NCBI RefSeq assembly: GCF_001194135.2
Contig: NC_068984.1
Coordinates: forward strand, 147,566,840-147,630,839
Reading direction: 5' to 3'
Source: Octopus bimaculoides
Lineage: Eukaryota
Length of the DNA stretch: 64,000 bases
Below the pieces are notes generated by a model. It did not search any database. It worked only from the letters and a program-made list of their open reading frames with translations, and was not told the origin of the DNA. Positions 1 through 13,005 of this stretch are shown here, in pieces (position 1 is the stretch's first letter; the number at the start of each line of letters is the position of its first letter). The position numbers and the translations under genes were made by a program.

Positions 1-45
<45 letters not shown>
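1..45. repeat. (CA)n microsatellite, representative of many CA, TA, GA, GAT, TAC and AAT tracts in the window (e.g. 7336, 12960, 14440, 15025, 20461, 31240, 43175, 51125, 52386)
   Basis: Directly visible. Confidence 0.99.
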
Positions 46-47
<2 letters not shown>

Positions 48-326
48 CTTGACACACAATTGTTTTATTTGTTTAATACTTTTACAAATATCATTTCCCC
101 TCTCCTTCCCACTCACCCTATCACCTACTTCACTGCATTTTTTTTTTTATTCATAACACTTTAACACAACCTCATGCTTTTCGGAGAAATTTTTCAAAGC
201 TTAACAACAAAAAAAGGGGGGAAAAAAGTGTGAAGAGATAGAGAGAAAAAAACAATCTTTTCTTTTTATTTTTCTCTTATTTAAACTTTACTGTCATTTT
301 GATTTCTTCATATTTTGACTGTGAAA

Positions 327-897
327 ATGTTTTGTTGTGCTGGTTGTAGGAAATCTAAATCAAAGAAGATTTTGCAAGTAACACCAGACAGCAAGAACTG
401 TGAAAATCCAATTTTCAAGTCAGGAAACGGAGTTGAGCCACCGATTGTTGAGAAAGTAGAACTTGACCTTCAGACAAAACCAGCCAGCGTAGAAACAACA
501 ACAGCAACAACAGACATCAAAAAAGAGACTGCAGCTGATCCAGTTGCATCTTCTAAAGAAAATACTTTTACCTCCGAAGCAAAGACGAAAGAATTTAAAA
601 AGGACATTGTTAAAAAGCCCAGCAGTGAGCAACCAGTTTCCTCTCTACCGTTTGCGAGTGAACTTATTAAAGCATCACAAAAAAGAGAAAAACGTGTTGC
701 CAGTGAGCTATCGAAAGCTCTTACCATTGCTGCAGAAGAAAGAGCTCGACTCAATTCTGGCGAAATGTCAGCTGAGCAAATGATAAAATCAATTGAGCGT
801 CTTGAGACAGCGGTGGTGAGCCTGGAACGGGTATCCACACGGCTTGAGAATATTGCCAACACTTCCGGAAAGTTAGTTAATACAGGCAACTCTGAAG
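327..897 (+). CDS. CAP1: CAP first coding exon 1a: long N-terminal extension followed by the RLE coiled-coil motif
   Basis: ATG at 327 follows an in-frame TGA at 300-302, with no AG in between. The C-terminal part MSAEQMIKSIERLETAVVSLERVSTRLENIA matches the CAP/Srv2 N-terminal RLE repeats. It ends at the donor GAAG|GTAAGA after 571 nt (phase 1), which fits exon 27832. Confidence 0.9.
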
Positions 898-2159
898 GTA
901 AGAAATTAAATTTTTCTTTTTACCCCCCTCCCCATCTACTTTCTTTATTATTAGGAAAAGACCAAGTGCTTCCAGTTGGCCTTAAAGAACTTTTCACACC
1001 TGTTGATTGCTTCATAGCTTCACAGCATGAAGTAGATGCAATATATCGCAGTTAAGATTCACTGAAGTTCTGACATCTCTTTCTAACAACTCGGTAAACT
1101 TCAGGATTACAGAAATAAGTTTTTGGTCCAAATATTCAACAGAACACCTGCAAGACATAAAAACTTGTAGATTTATGCCTTATCAGTTCAGCTATTTCAC
1201 TTCTATATTTGGTTGCACATCAACTTCTAGCAGGGCCTATGCCGTGGTTTCAACACGTTAGGCCAGCCCTGCAGTATGTGCCTCTTTTTCTCCTGGCCCT
1301 ACAATATGCACCCCTTCCCTTCTTAGCACTTCACTATGCAACCCCTTCTCATCCATACAATGTACACCCTCTTCCCTCAACCCTACCGTGTACTCCCTCT
1401 TCTCCCTGACCCATAGTGTGTACCCGTCTCTAATTTTTTCCTACAACTTCCCCCAACCATTACCCTCTATTATGCCAACTGGAAAGGGCACCTGGAAATT
1501 CTGATTAACTTGGAAACATGAGATCTATAGTTTTATGCTCATTTTGTGTATCACCAAGTAAGTTTCTGGCATAATTTGAAATGTTTCATGCCGTGACTGG
1601 ACACAACCTCATAAAAGCCTATTGTCTACTACAATCCACTAACCCAGTCGTGTGTCCTCTTGGGTTTCATGCTTTTAGTTAAATTAAGAAATTTTATGTT
1701 GGGTTGTTCAGAATTTGTATTCTTCCCCACCACCATTGCTGCATACTCTATTCAGGATTAAAAGTATCTAAACTATTAATCTGTCGCACTAGTGGAATTG
1801 CCTTACCATTTTCTAAGTAGTGCAATCCTGCTGTAAAACATCCAGTGTAGCTTCTTACTGATCAGGGGCAAATCAGATCTAAAATGGCTATATAGTGCTA
1901 GATAATTGATCTCCAGTTCTAATCCATTGTTGGCACTGTAATAATGTCTGGACACTTAGTTTTGGTCATTTCAGCTAAGTGATTGTTATCACTCAGTAGA
2001 AGTTATTTTTTTTCATATTACCAGGGATGGTCTGACATCCCTTTTCCAAAAGAGATATTTTCTTCTCATTTTTGCTCAATGCCCTGATATTGTAGCTGTC
2101 CCTTACGTTATTACATTTAACTACTCAGAAGTTTCCGTAGATGTGGTTGACAGCTTCTT

Positions 2160-2510
2160 TTAGCAAGGTGACCTAATTAGCTGCGGAGAAGAGGGTTTCA
2201 AAGTGTAGTAGCCGGAACAGGAATCACAGGGTGGAGTTTAGAAAGCTCTTGTCTCTATTAGCAACAAAAAAGAAACTCTGTCTCCAATTGAAGTTTGATA
2301 CTGCATGGAATCAAAAGATTAGTATTGAATGCAAAGGATTTACAAAAATTGGAAATAAATGAGGCACGCATGTTTTGCTAGACATGTAATTTGTGTGTGT
2401 TTGCATGATTGACGGATGACAAATAAATCAAGAGGAAAAACAAGGTGTGAGAGGAAAGTTCTTAGATGGATGTCAAGTGTTTGAAAGGTGACAGACGTGT
2501 AAAGAAGTGC
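2160..2510 (+). mobile_element. Old RTE LINE 3' fragment
   Basis: Degenerate EFRKLLSLLATK...FDTA motif paralleling the 32.3-kb copy. Confidence 0.45.
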
Positions 2511-5500
2511 CAACCAATTCCAAGGCAAAGACCAAAAAGTATGTTGTTGTAAGTCAATGGTACACCATTACACATCTTCACCACAATCTTTCTCTTCCAA
2601 GTGGGGGTAACCATGCATCATACCCATTCCTTTCATCTGGCATAAAAACCACCTCCCTCAATACTGCTCTCCTGCCTCTTGTTGACTTCACTAGTGCCAG
2701 TGCCAGATAAAAAGGACCCAGTACACTCTGTAAAGTGGTTGGTGTTAGGAAAGGAACGCAGCCATTGAAAACCTGCTAAGGCAGACATTGGAAATTGATG
2801 TGGTTCTCTGGTTTGCCAACTCCTGTCAAACTGTCCAACCCATGCCAGCATGGAGAATGGATTCTACATGATGATGAGGTAATAAAGGGTGATATCAAGA
2901 AACATTCTGGCTGGATTCCCAAAATATCACTGACTCAGACTATGGATATTATCCAAGTAACTTATTCCACCCTTAGATCTCCTGCCAGTTGGCTTGTCTT
3001 GAATCTGTTTTCTGATTCTTTCTTCTGACAGTCTAACCACATGGCCATAACTGTGATCTCTTATGTAATTCAATATTTCCAAAGAAGTTCACTAAAAACT
3101 AAGATTTTCTATACATCTTTGAATATTTTTTTATCCACTTCCAATCATTATAGCAACTATGAAAAAGAAATTGCATGGTTGTGTTAACGATGGACATATT
3201 ACATTTCATTCCTTATGCAACTGTTTCTGTTTGTTTATTTTCATTATAAATGTGGCTTTTCCAATGTATTGAATAGAAATGAATTATAGACTTAATATCC
3301 AAATTATTTATTTAAAAAAGCAAAATTTCAAAAGACTATCTTTCTTTTTTTCATAAACATACTGATTAAAAATAAATTGCACGATCATCAACTCATGTGA
3401 GTGTGGAGAATGGATATGATGAAGTGGTCATCATCATTGTTTTAATGTCCTTTGCATGGTTGAGATGGAGTTTATTGAGGCAGATTTTCTACTGCTGGAT
3501 GCTCTTCCTGTCATCAACCTGTGCCTGTTTCCAAGTAAGGTAATATTTCCCCGTGGCCAAACATATTTTCACAGGATATTGGAAATGAATGACACTGCTT
3601 GTATAACAAGGATAATCATTTACAACTTTCACACTATGCCAAGTCAAGGACACACACACATATTTAGCTTCCATCAACGAAATCCATTCTGAAGGCCTTA
3701 GTTGGCATGGGACTACTGTAGACACATGTCCTAAGTGCCAAGCAGTGGGACTGAACTTGGAATCATGTTGTTGGGAACCACACACCTGTGCCTGCCACTA
3801 TCTGAGTGGTAAAAAAACTGCCTCAAAAAATAAACAGATAAAAAAAACATGCAACCCATACCAGCATGGAAAAGCAAACTGAAAATGATGATGATGATGA
3901 TCTCCAGTTCCAGTAGTTTCTATGCTATCAGAGAGCAGACATTCAAGTAATCAGTGAAGTAAGCAAACATGATAAAAACAGTGGTTTCTAGTTTCTGTTT
4001 TGATTGTTGAATGTGTTGAGTTGGTGGGGGNNNNNNNNNNNNNNNNNNNNNNNNNNNAATAATGATTGGAACGGTGGGGTATAAAAATGGTCTGTGTCAT
4101 CACAGAAACCCTTCTGACATTTGTTGTTTACTATCTTCCATCACCTACAAATATAGACACTTCAGTAATATTGCAAAGGAATATTACTCCTTGGTTCTAG
4201 AGAATTCCATCCTTTCAAAAAAAAATAAATAAATAAAGCATAGAAAAAATATAAAACCTCACACACCTACCAAAACCACTGCTATGTTGACAACTTTGCT
4301 TGATTCAAATTCTCTGTTGAGTTGCCAATCAATTGCAGTTAATTGAAGAATTGACATTGGTACAAGCTAGTCCTGTCCATTATGTCTGTCTGTTGTCCGG
4401 CCATCATTACACAAATTATATGGGTATGAAATAGTTCCTGTGCTGAAGACGACAAACACACTGGTTGGTGCAGGACTGCTCTGTGCTGCTTCTTTGTAAA
4501 AGTGTTAATGTCTCTCTTAATTTCCCACGAGCTTCAAAAGTCAGTTCTTACCTGTGCATTTGTGCAGCCAGGTAGATAAACCTTGCTCACTCTCTACCAC
4601 TATCCCCACTTCTCTCCCTCACACATTATCACCACCAGCTTCTTTCTTTTCCAACTGGGTTAACTATGTGTCTCCCTGACGGCAAGACACCTGTTCTTGT
4701 CTCTCTATTGCACTTTGACCTCTCATCACCTGGCAAAAACTCTCCCACCTTCTTCTATGCTAATTGGTTTTGTCTTGTTAGTTACTTAGTGACTGTACTT
4801 GTGCCAGTGCTCTGTAAAAAAGTACACTCTGTGAAGTGGTTAGTATTAAAAAGGGCATCCAGCCATAAAAACCATGTCAAAGCACACTGGAACATGGTGC
4901 AGTCCTCTGGCTTTCCAGCTCTTGTCAGATTGTCCATTCCACATCAACATGGAAAGCAAATGTTAAAAATGAGGATTAAGATTGCTTACCTGTTTGCTAA
5001 ATGGATTGAGACAGTGTAGAATTAAGTATACTTGCCAACGATGCCTGCAGGGAGTTTGAACTTTGAGCAGTTTGGTCAGTGCCATATCTTAGATTATTTT
5101 GTTTTATTTATGTCAACAACACCGCCATACCATTCAACAATATCCTCTCTTTATTTGCCATCAACTCCAATGCACAGAGGAAATTGGCTGCACATAGAAT
5201 GTGTAGTCTTAATCTTTAACACCATGCAGAAGGAGCATGGAGTCTTAGTTCTTCACTGATATTGGTTAGAGAAAAGGGAACATGGTAAGAAACAGAAAAC
5301 ATGGTCCATTTACTACTGCAATGGAACTTGGAGTTTCTGGTAAATTTGTAAAGATTTTATACTTGTATAGTTTGAAGAACAAAAGTAATGATTTCAGACT
5401 CTCCAACTGGAGGCTATCAAAGATATGGCTACAGTACTAAAGGTAGTAAAAAAAGGTTGGTATGAGGAAAATTTGGCTATTGTTGAATAATAAATTGTTG

Positions 5501-5924
5501 ATAGTAATTATTTACTCAATAAATTTTCTGATGTCAGCCATTTAGAAATATCGGTTCTAAAGCTTCTACAATGCTCTTGGAGTTTATAGAATGTCTTGAC
5601 TGTTGAACCTGATTTGCAAGTTAGTAATCCATTTGCAAACTTCCTCAGATTTGGTTATCTTCAGTAAGTAGAGAGTACAAAAGTTGTAACTATTATTAGA
5701 TTTGTACATTTGGACTGTCAGTCCGCCCGTCTCAAAAATGACAATAATTCATACAGATTAGTACTTAATAGTTGTAGTCATCAAGTAGGTAGAAATATAA
5801 TCTCCAAATTTCCTGGAGTTCTGTCGAGTGGAAAAACTTCTCGCTTAAATATAGGTGCAGGCATGGCTGTGTGGTTAAGAAGTTTGCTTCTGAACCACTT
5901 GGTTTTGGATTCAATGTCAGTGTG

Positions 5925-7079
5925 TGAAATTATTCGAGTGAGTTCGTTGCCAGTGCCCCTGAACTGGCTCTTGTGTGGGACCGTCGTAGGATTTTCGAGC
6001 GAGATCGTTGCCAGTGCCCCTGGACTGGCTCTTGTGTGGGCGACACATGAAATCTTTCGAGCGGGATCGTTGCCAGTGCACCTGAACTGGCTCATGTGCG
6101 GGCGACACATGAAATATTTGGAGCAAGATCATTGCCAGTGTCACCCGCACAAGAGCCAGCCCAGGGGCACCGGCAATGATCTCGCTCGAAAGATATCATG
6201 TGTCGCCCGCACATGAGCCAGTCCAGGGGCACTGGCAACGATCNNNNNNNNNNNNNNNNNNNNNNNNNNNNNNNNNNNNNNNNNNNNNNNNNNNNNNNNN
6301 NNNNNNNNNNNNNNNNNNNNNNNNNNNNNNNNNNNNNNNNNNNNNNNNNNNNNNNNNNNNNNNNNNNNNNNNNNNNNNNNNNNNNNNNNNNNNNNNNNNN
6401 NNNNNNNNNNNNNNNNNNNNNNNNNNNNNNNNNNNNNNNNNNNNNNNNNNNNNNNNNNNNNNNNNNNNNNNNNNNNNNNNNNNNNNNNNNNNNNNNNNNN
6501 NNNNNNNNNNNNNNNNNNNNNNNNNNNNNNNNNNNNNNNNNNNNNNNNNNNNNNNNNNNNNNNNNNNNNNNNNNNNNNNNNNNNNNNNNNNNNNNNNNNN
6601 NNNNNNNNNNNNNNNNNNNNNNNNNNNNNNNNNNNNNNNNNNNNNNNNNNNNNNNNNNNNNNNNNNNNNNNNNNNNNNNNNNNNNNNNNNNNNNNNNNNN
6701 NNNNNNNNNNNNNNNNNNNNNNNNNNNNNNNNNNNNNNNNNNNNNNNNNNNNNNNNNNNNNNNNNNNNNNNNNNNNNNNNNNNNNNNNNNNNNNNNNNNN
6801 NNNNNNNNNNNNCCGCTCGAAAGATTTCATGTGTCGCCCGCACATGAGCCAGTCCAGGTGCACTGGCAACGATCCCGCTCGAAAGATTTCATGTGTCGCC
6901 CGCACATGAGCCAGTCCAGGGGCACCGGCAACGGTCTCGCTCGAAACATTTCATGTGTCGCCCGCACATGAGCCAGTCCAGGGGCACTGGCAACGATCCC
7001 GCTCAAAACATTTCATGTGTCACCCACACAAGAGCTAGTCCAGGGGCACTGGCAACGATCTCGCTCGAAATATATCATG
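5925..7079. repeat. About 62-bp minisatellite array that inverts orientation near 6140 (foldback-like)
   Basis: The unit CGTTGCCAGTGCCCCTGGACTGGCTCTTGTGTGGGCGACACATGAAATCTTTCGAGCGGGAT starts at about 5945, 6006, 6068 and 6130. Reverse-complement units occupy 6141-6243 and 6813-7079; 6244-6812 is a gap. Confidence 0.9.
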
Positions 7080-7323
7080 TGAATCTGATTAATGTCTAGC
7101 TTTGACTTATGTTGTCTCTTTAGCTCAAAGTAAATTCTTTTATGACTTGACTTTATTTAGCTTTTACTCTAAGGATAAATAATACATGCAAAATAGGATA
7201 GTTTGTGAGTATAATGACATATACAAATGGAAGTATTAAATTGTGTTATAATTACAAGAACTTGTAACTGTTGGCATAATTAATAATGTCTGTGTAATAC
7301 CTTATATGGTATTTGTGTGTTCA

Positions 7324-7383
<60 letters not shown>

Positions 7384-9379
7384 TTTATACAGACAGTCAT
7401 TGTCATTTTCCATCCTGTTTTTTTTTCCATGCTAGCATAAATACACGCACCAATCAACAATACATGTTACATACATCACAAACACATATTCCTACAATCT
7501 TGTTTTGTTTCTTTTTTAAACAAAACAATGGGAAAATACTCTCTCTACAGATGAACTTTGACTCCCCCTCCCTCTCTCCCTCCCTCCCCCCTTCTCTCCT
7601 TAATATTCCAATGGTAGAAATGAAAGTATGTTTCTGTTTTCAATCCTATCCTATAGGTTCTAATTACTGTTAAATGAAAACACGGGTTTGTCCCATCTTG
7701 ATAGAATTTTGAGTCATATTGGTACACTTAATCCAGAGACTCAACTTCAGTAACACCTGAGTGCTAATGTAAACAAAAGTTCTATATATGAATATATCAT
7801 CATCATCATCATTTCAATGTCTGCTTTTTTCATGCAGGCATGGATTAGATGGTTCAACTGGAACCTGCAAGCCAGAGTTCTGCATGAAGCTCCATAGTCA
7901 GCTTTAGCATGCTTTCTGCAACTGGGTGACCTTCCTGAATGCTTTTTAAAAGGCTTTAGCTCTAGTGAAGTCAAGTCTGGTGAGTGGAGGGAATGGTATT
8001 GAGGGAAGAGGCTTTATAGCAGGTAATGGGAGTTGTATAGAAACAAGTGGATTTCTGTGGAGGAGGTACATGGTTACCGCAGTTGGAAAAGAAAGAGGAG
8101 GGTGTTGAAGATGCGTTAAGGCATACCCTCAAGTTAGAGCAAGATCTATTTTCCTGTAAAACAATGTCAACCTCATAAGGATGATTTCAAGTCACAACAC
8201 TAAGAGTTGACAAATAACAAAGCATTTTATCAAATTCTACCAATCATCATCATCATTGAATGTCCGTTCCATGTTGGCATAGGTTGGACAGTTTGATCAG
8301 GGCTGACAAGCTGGAAGGCTACACCAGACTCCAGTCTGATTTGGCATGGTTTTCTACAGCTGGATGCCCTTTCTAACATCAACCACTTCAGGAGTGTAAT
8401 GGGTGCTTTAACATGCCACCAGCATGGGTGCCATTTGCGTGACGCCAGTATCTGTCACGACTGCGATTTTGCTTGGCTTGATGGGTCTTCTTCTCAAGCA
8501 TGACATAATGCCAAATGGTCTCAGTCATTGTCTCCGTGCGGCCCAACACTCGAAAGGAACTCAGCCACTTTGCCTCCATGAGGCCCAACACTTGAAAGGT
8601 GCTCTTTACATGCTCATCATTGTTTAACGTCTTCTTTCCATGCTGGCATGGGTTGGATGGTTTGACAGGAGTTGGCCAGGCAGAAGCCTGCGCCATACTT
8701 CTGTGTTTGTTTTGGCATGGTTTTTCACAGCTAGATGCCCTTCCTAACACCAACCACTCAATAGAGTGCCACTGCCTCAAAATATATTTAATCATGACAG
8801 TCTCAATTATATTTTGTAGTTGTTGAATGAAAGCATACTTAATGCATGGAGTAGTTGAACATTGAAGTGAAATATATAATGTGTCGAGGAAAAAGTCTTA
8901 GACCAGGACATCTATTTTCCAGTATTTATGGGTGACAACTTCAGACATGTTTCTGGATGTTTGAAACTTCTTAGCAAAAGTATGACCTTACTGCATCTTG
9001 ATAAACTGGTAGCAAACAAACTAATAAGTAAATGGACAGAAGTATAGTTTGAAGGTATTAAAAATAAATTTGTTTAGAAATTACATAATTTTGAGATGTC
9101 ATCTATTTGATGAACAATAAGGTAAGTGGGTTAATGGGGCATTAAAATGCTGAAGTAAACTAAAATAATGTAGTGAGAAAAATGGTGAAGAAGTTTGCTT
9201 CCCAAATACTTGGTTTTAAGTTCAGTCCCACTGTGTGGCACTTTGGGCAAGTATCTTCTACTTTTTGCCCTAGATTGCTCAAAGTTGTGTGAGTGGACTT
9301 GGTTGGTGGAAACAGTAAGAAGCTCACCACACACACACGCACACGCACACGCACACACACACACNNNNNNNNNNCACGC

Positions 9380-9429
<50 letters not shown>

Positions 9430-10249
9430 GTATGTGTATGAGTGTATCTCTTGATATCATAGTTGTAAATGAGTATTGCTGCTTTACAAGCAATGTTATT
9501 TGTTTCTGATATTCTACTGCACATGTCTGGCCATGGGGAAATATTACTTTACTTGGAAATAAGGTGAGGGTGGGTGACAGGAAGTGCATCCAACCATAGA
9601 AAATCTGCTTTGATAAATTGTGCCTAATCCATGCAAGCATGTAAAAGTAGACATTAAAACAAGAATAATGATGATGATGATGATGCTGATTTCTGAAATT
9701 ATTTTAAACTCATATTTTACAAAGGAAATTTTAAGTCAAGTTTCATCTACAAAATTCAGATTTTAACTTGAATGTGTGCATGTGTGTACTCATATATTTT
9801 ACCAACCCGATAACTTTGCATTTTGGTTGGAATAAGTAATCAATACTCCATAATTAATGTTGTTGTTGTTGTCATAGGCACAAACATGGCTGCAGTAAAA
9901 TCCAAACTCACTCTAAGGAAAATGCTGACAAGTCTACATTGGTATAAGAACAGTTTTCTTTTCTAACAACTGTTAATGCATCGAGCAGCTGTGAGATTTT
10001 ATAGATCCTTTCATATTTTATCAATTATATGTAATAGTAGCATACTTTTATGGGAGTTTCCAACCATCTGTGGCTTAGAGATTATTTACTCATTCACTAA
10101 GCAAAGAGTTTACAGGCAAAAGAGGCCACCGACCACTCAGACTTTTTTCTCTGAGCTCATTTTTGTGCAAATTGTACAAATTACGAATTACCTGGGGCAT
10201 AAATGTGTCTATTCCTTTTTTTTTTCTTTTTTTTTTTTTTGCATAAGTC

Positions 10250-10680
10250 TAAAGTCCATTGGCTGCTGGAGATAGGTTGTGTTGATGATGCATATTGAGG
10301 CAGAAACTTATGTCCACAACTGTCCTCTTATCTGCAGACAATAATCCAATTCTTTCTTTTCCTTAATGGTCTATCAAGTTCAGAAAATCTTTGATACTTG
10401 AGATTATCTCATGTGGAGCTGGTTTTAATTGCCATTTGGTAATTGATACATCTTCTTGAGGTGGAGATAATTTTAATAAATCAATAATTTTGTATGTTAT
10501 TTGATATATTTGTCTATCTCTAGTCCAAAGCCATAGGCAATAGTAAGCAGCTTTGGTTTGTTGGCATACAGTGAAGACTTCCTGTAGTAAAACTTACTTT
10601 CAACTGACCAGCAAGTAGACTCATTTCTCATCCAGAATATCAATCAAAAAGTTTGTCTTTAACCAACTCAGTACTATGGA
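10250..10680 (-). mobile_element. Possible pogo/Tigger transposase remnant
   Basis: Minus-strand fragments KPKLLTIAYG and INTTYLQQPMDFRLM resemble the pogo DDE motif PNTT..QPMD.G; heavily decayed. Confidence 0.4.
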
Positions 10681-11190
10681 AACCAGAGATAATCTCCAAT
10701 TTCATGGATCTAGGAGGTTTGGAAAAGGATTAACTTTATCATAAAAAGGTGTACTTGCTAGGATTAACTTTATTGTGAACAAGATTAGAAAATTTTGTGT
10801 TTTAGATATTACAAAGAACGTATATAAAAGACACACTGTCCTTTCTCAAGTGATTAAAAATCTTTTGAAATTATAACATAAAAATTCACATCATTATAAC
10901 CTTTAATCCTTCACCATTTTGTGGTGTGGAAGTGGTTTTGAATAGCATTGACCAGCCCTGTTTGAGTAAATTAATGGCTGGCCTAATAATAGCTACCATT
11001 ATCCTCAGCATCAGAGACATGCAGATAGGTTTAATACATTGTTTTGTCGACCTTTACCATTTAATCCTCTTTGTATGTATGGCTATGTTGTAATTTGGGA
11101 TAAATGCTTTCACCAGATTTAGAACTTTTGTTCTCTTATCAAACTAATTGAGAATTGAACATGTAACTGATTGGGAATCTACATAGGAAA

Positions 11191-11430
11191 GGCGCACAGC
11201 CTAATGGTTAGGTGGTTGCACTCATGGTCATGAAATTGTGGTTTCAATTCCTGGACTGGTTGGTGCATTGTGCTCCTGAATGAAACATTTCATTTCACAT
11301 TACTCCACTCCACTCAGCTGTAAATGAGGAACAACCCTGCAACAGGCTGGCATCCCATCCAGGGAGGGTGTTGTGACCTCGGTCATTTAAATGCCATGGA
11401 AACTGGGTAACCAGTCCTATGAGTCCTTAA
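11191..11430 (+). mobile_element. tRNA-derived SINE
   Basis: Starts GGCGCACAGCCTAATGGTTAGG (A-box-like) with GTTTCAATTCC at 11241-11251 (B-box-like), followed by a non-tRNA body. Confidence 0.65.
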
Positions 11431-12170
11431 ACTCAAGACAATAACACCCTGGGGGAGTGGGGTTGGCTGGGCTGTTAATGAAACTACATAGAAGCTTCTT
11501 GATTGCTTCACTGTTTCCATTGCTATCATGTTAAAGCAAAAAGGTTTACAGCCGCCACCGCTACCGCCACCGCCGCCACCGCTACCGCCGCCACCACAGC
11601 AGTGTTGAATTGAAGAAGAAGGAAAAACTGGCAGCATTTAATTTTCTCTGTCTGTATTTTATGTTCAGTCATGCATGGGTTGGTCGTTGGTCAATGAAAT
11701 AAATACCAAAAGGTTTTATCGATGAGATCAATCAATAAGCATGAGCAGTGTAGGTCATTTTATTATTTATTGGGAGGTTGACATTCAACAATCGATCACA
11801 GTTGGATTTGCAATCTCAACTCAGATCAATGCAATTCAATATTGTAAGGAATTTAGTCCAATTCTCTGTAGAATGATAAACTGTGTCCAGTGTCTATATT
11901 AAAAACTTACATGTGTACAATCCTATCAGTGTTGGAACAAAGTAAAATGGTAAATATTTTGTTTGCCTCTTCAATATTTGTGTTTCAGTCGTATGACTGC
12001 GGCCATGCTGGGGCGCAACCTTGATGGATTTAGTTGAACAAACTAACCTCAGTACTTGTTTTTTTAAGTCTTGGTACTTATTGTATTGATCTCTTTTGTA
12101 AAACTGCTAAGTTACAACAATGTAAACAAATCAATTCAAATGTTGCTGGTGGTGATGAAAGACAGTGACA

Positions 12171-12215
<45 letters not shown>

Positions 12216-12952
12216 GCAGGTTTCTCAGTTTCTACCTACTAAATTCACTCAGAAGGCATTTGTTGGCCTAGGGCTAATCACAGACACTTGCCCAGGGTGT
12301 CTCATACTGGGACTGAACCTGAAACTATGTGGTTAGAGAGCAAGCTTCTTAACCACTGCAGTGAACTCACATGGAACTATCAAATGTAATAATCACATAT
12401 TCACATTGTTTTGAATTTAATCCTGCATTATCTCATGGCTTGCAGATTTCAATGATGTGATTATTCATTTTTAGACTAACATTGTAAGGTATGTGCAAGA
12501 AGTTGGATCTGGCCAGTTTAAGTATTAAACTGATAGAATATTTGGGTCAGATATTACCGGTTTACTAAAGGGTTAAATTATATACTTTCACCAGGGGTTT
12601 CGTGTCATCTTTCATCACTGATAATAATTTCTCAGATTGGTAAAGCACATCCAGTCCCACGACATAGTCTTAGTTCCTCCCATGCAATTGACTGGGGTCC
12701 AGGTTTTGAATGTAGTTGCCAGCATCTTCTCAGGTGATACTAAATTATTTCAGATCTTCTTTGAAGGTGGGGCACCATGTTTTCTTGGCACTTCTATAGA
12801 ATACCAGCAGCATTATCTAAGAGATGTGCCATAGTTTACTTGTATAAAATTGTTTCTATTAGCGTTATTATTATTGTACAAAATGTGTAGATGTATGTAA
12901 ATATGCTTATTATATAATATAGACATAAATAAGCATGTTTATTATGCAATAC

Positions 12953-13005
<53 letters not shown>

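Noticed and set aside
420-889. Minus-strand ORFs 420-632 and 470-889
   Set aside because: They are antisense shadows of CAP exon 1a with no independent features.
5925-7079. CRISPR array interpretation of the 62-bp repeats
   Set aside because: The units are contiguous tandem copies with no unique spacers, there are no cas genes, and the context is a eukaryotic intron.
7908-7979. 72-nt phase 1-1 open segment ending at G|GTGAGT as another cassette exon
   Set aside because: The acceptor has a poor pyrimidine tract, the peptide is unremarkable, and the context looks repeat-derived.
9105-9127. Strong donor AAG|GTAAGT after ATG AAC AAT AAG
   Set aside because: It is phase 0, incompatible with the phase-1 acceptor of exon 2, and nothing supports a UTR exon.
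11528-11608. Poly-proline mini-ORF MLKQKGLQPPPLPPPPPPLPPPPQQC as the missing CAP P1 exon
   Set aside because: It is in the first intron rather than after exon 7, ends in TGA with no donor, and is a CCG/CCA microsatellite.
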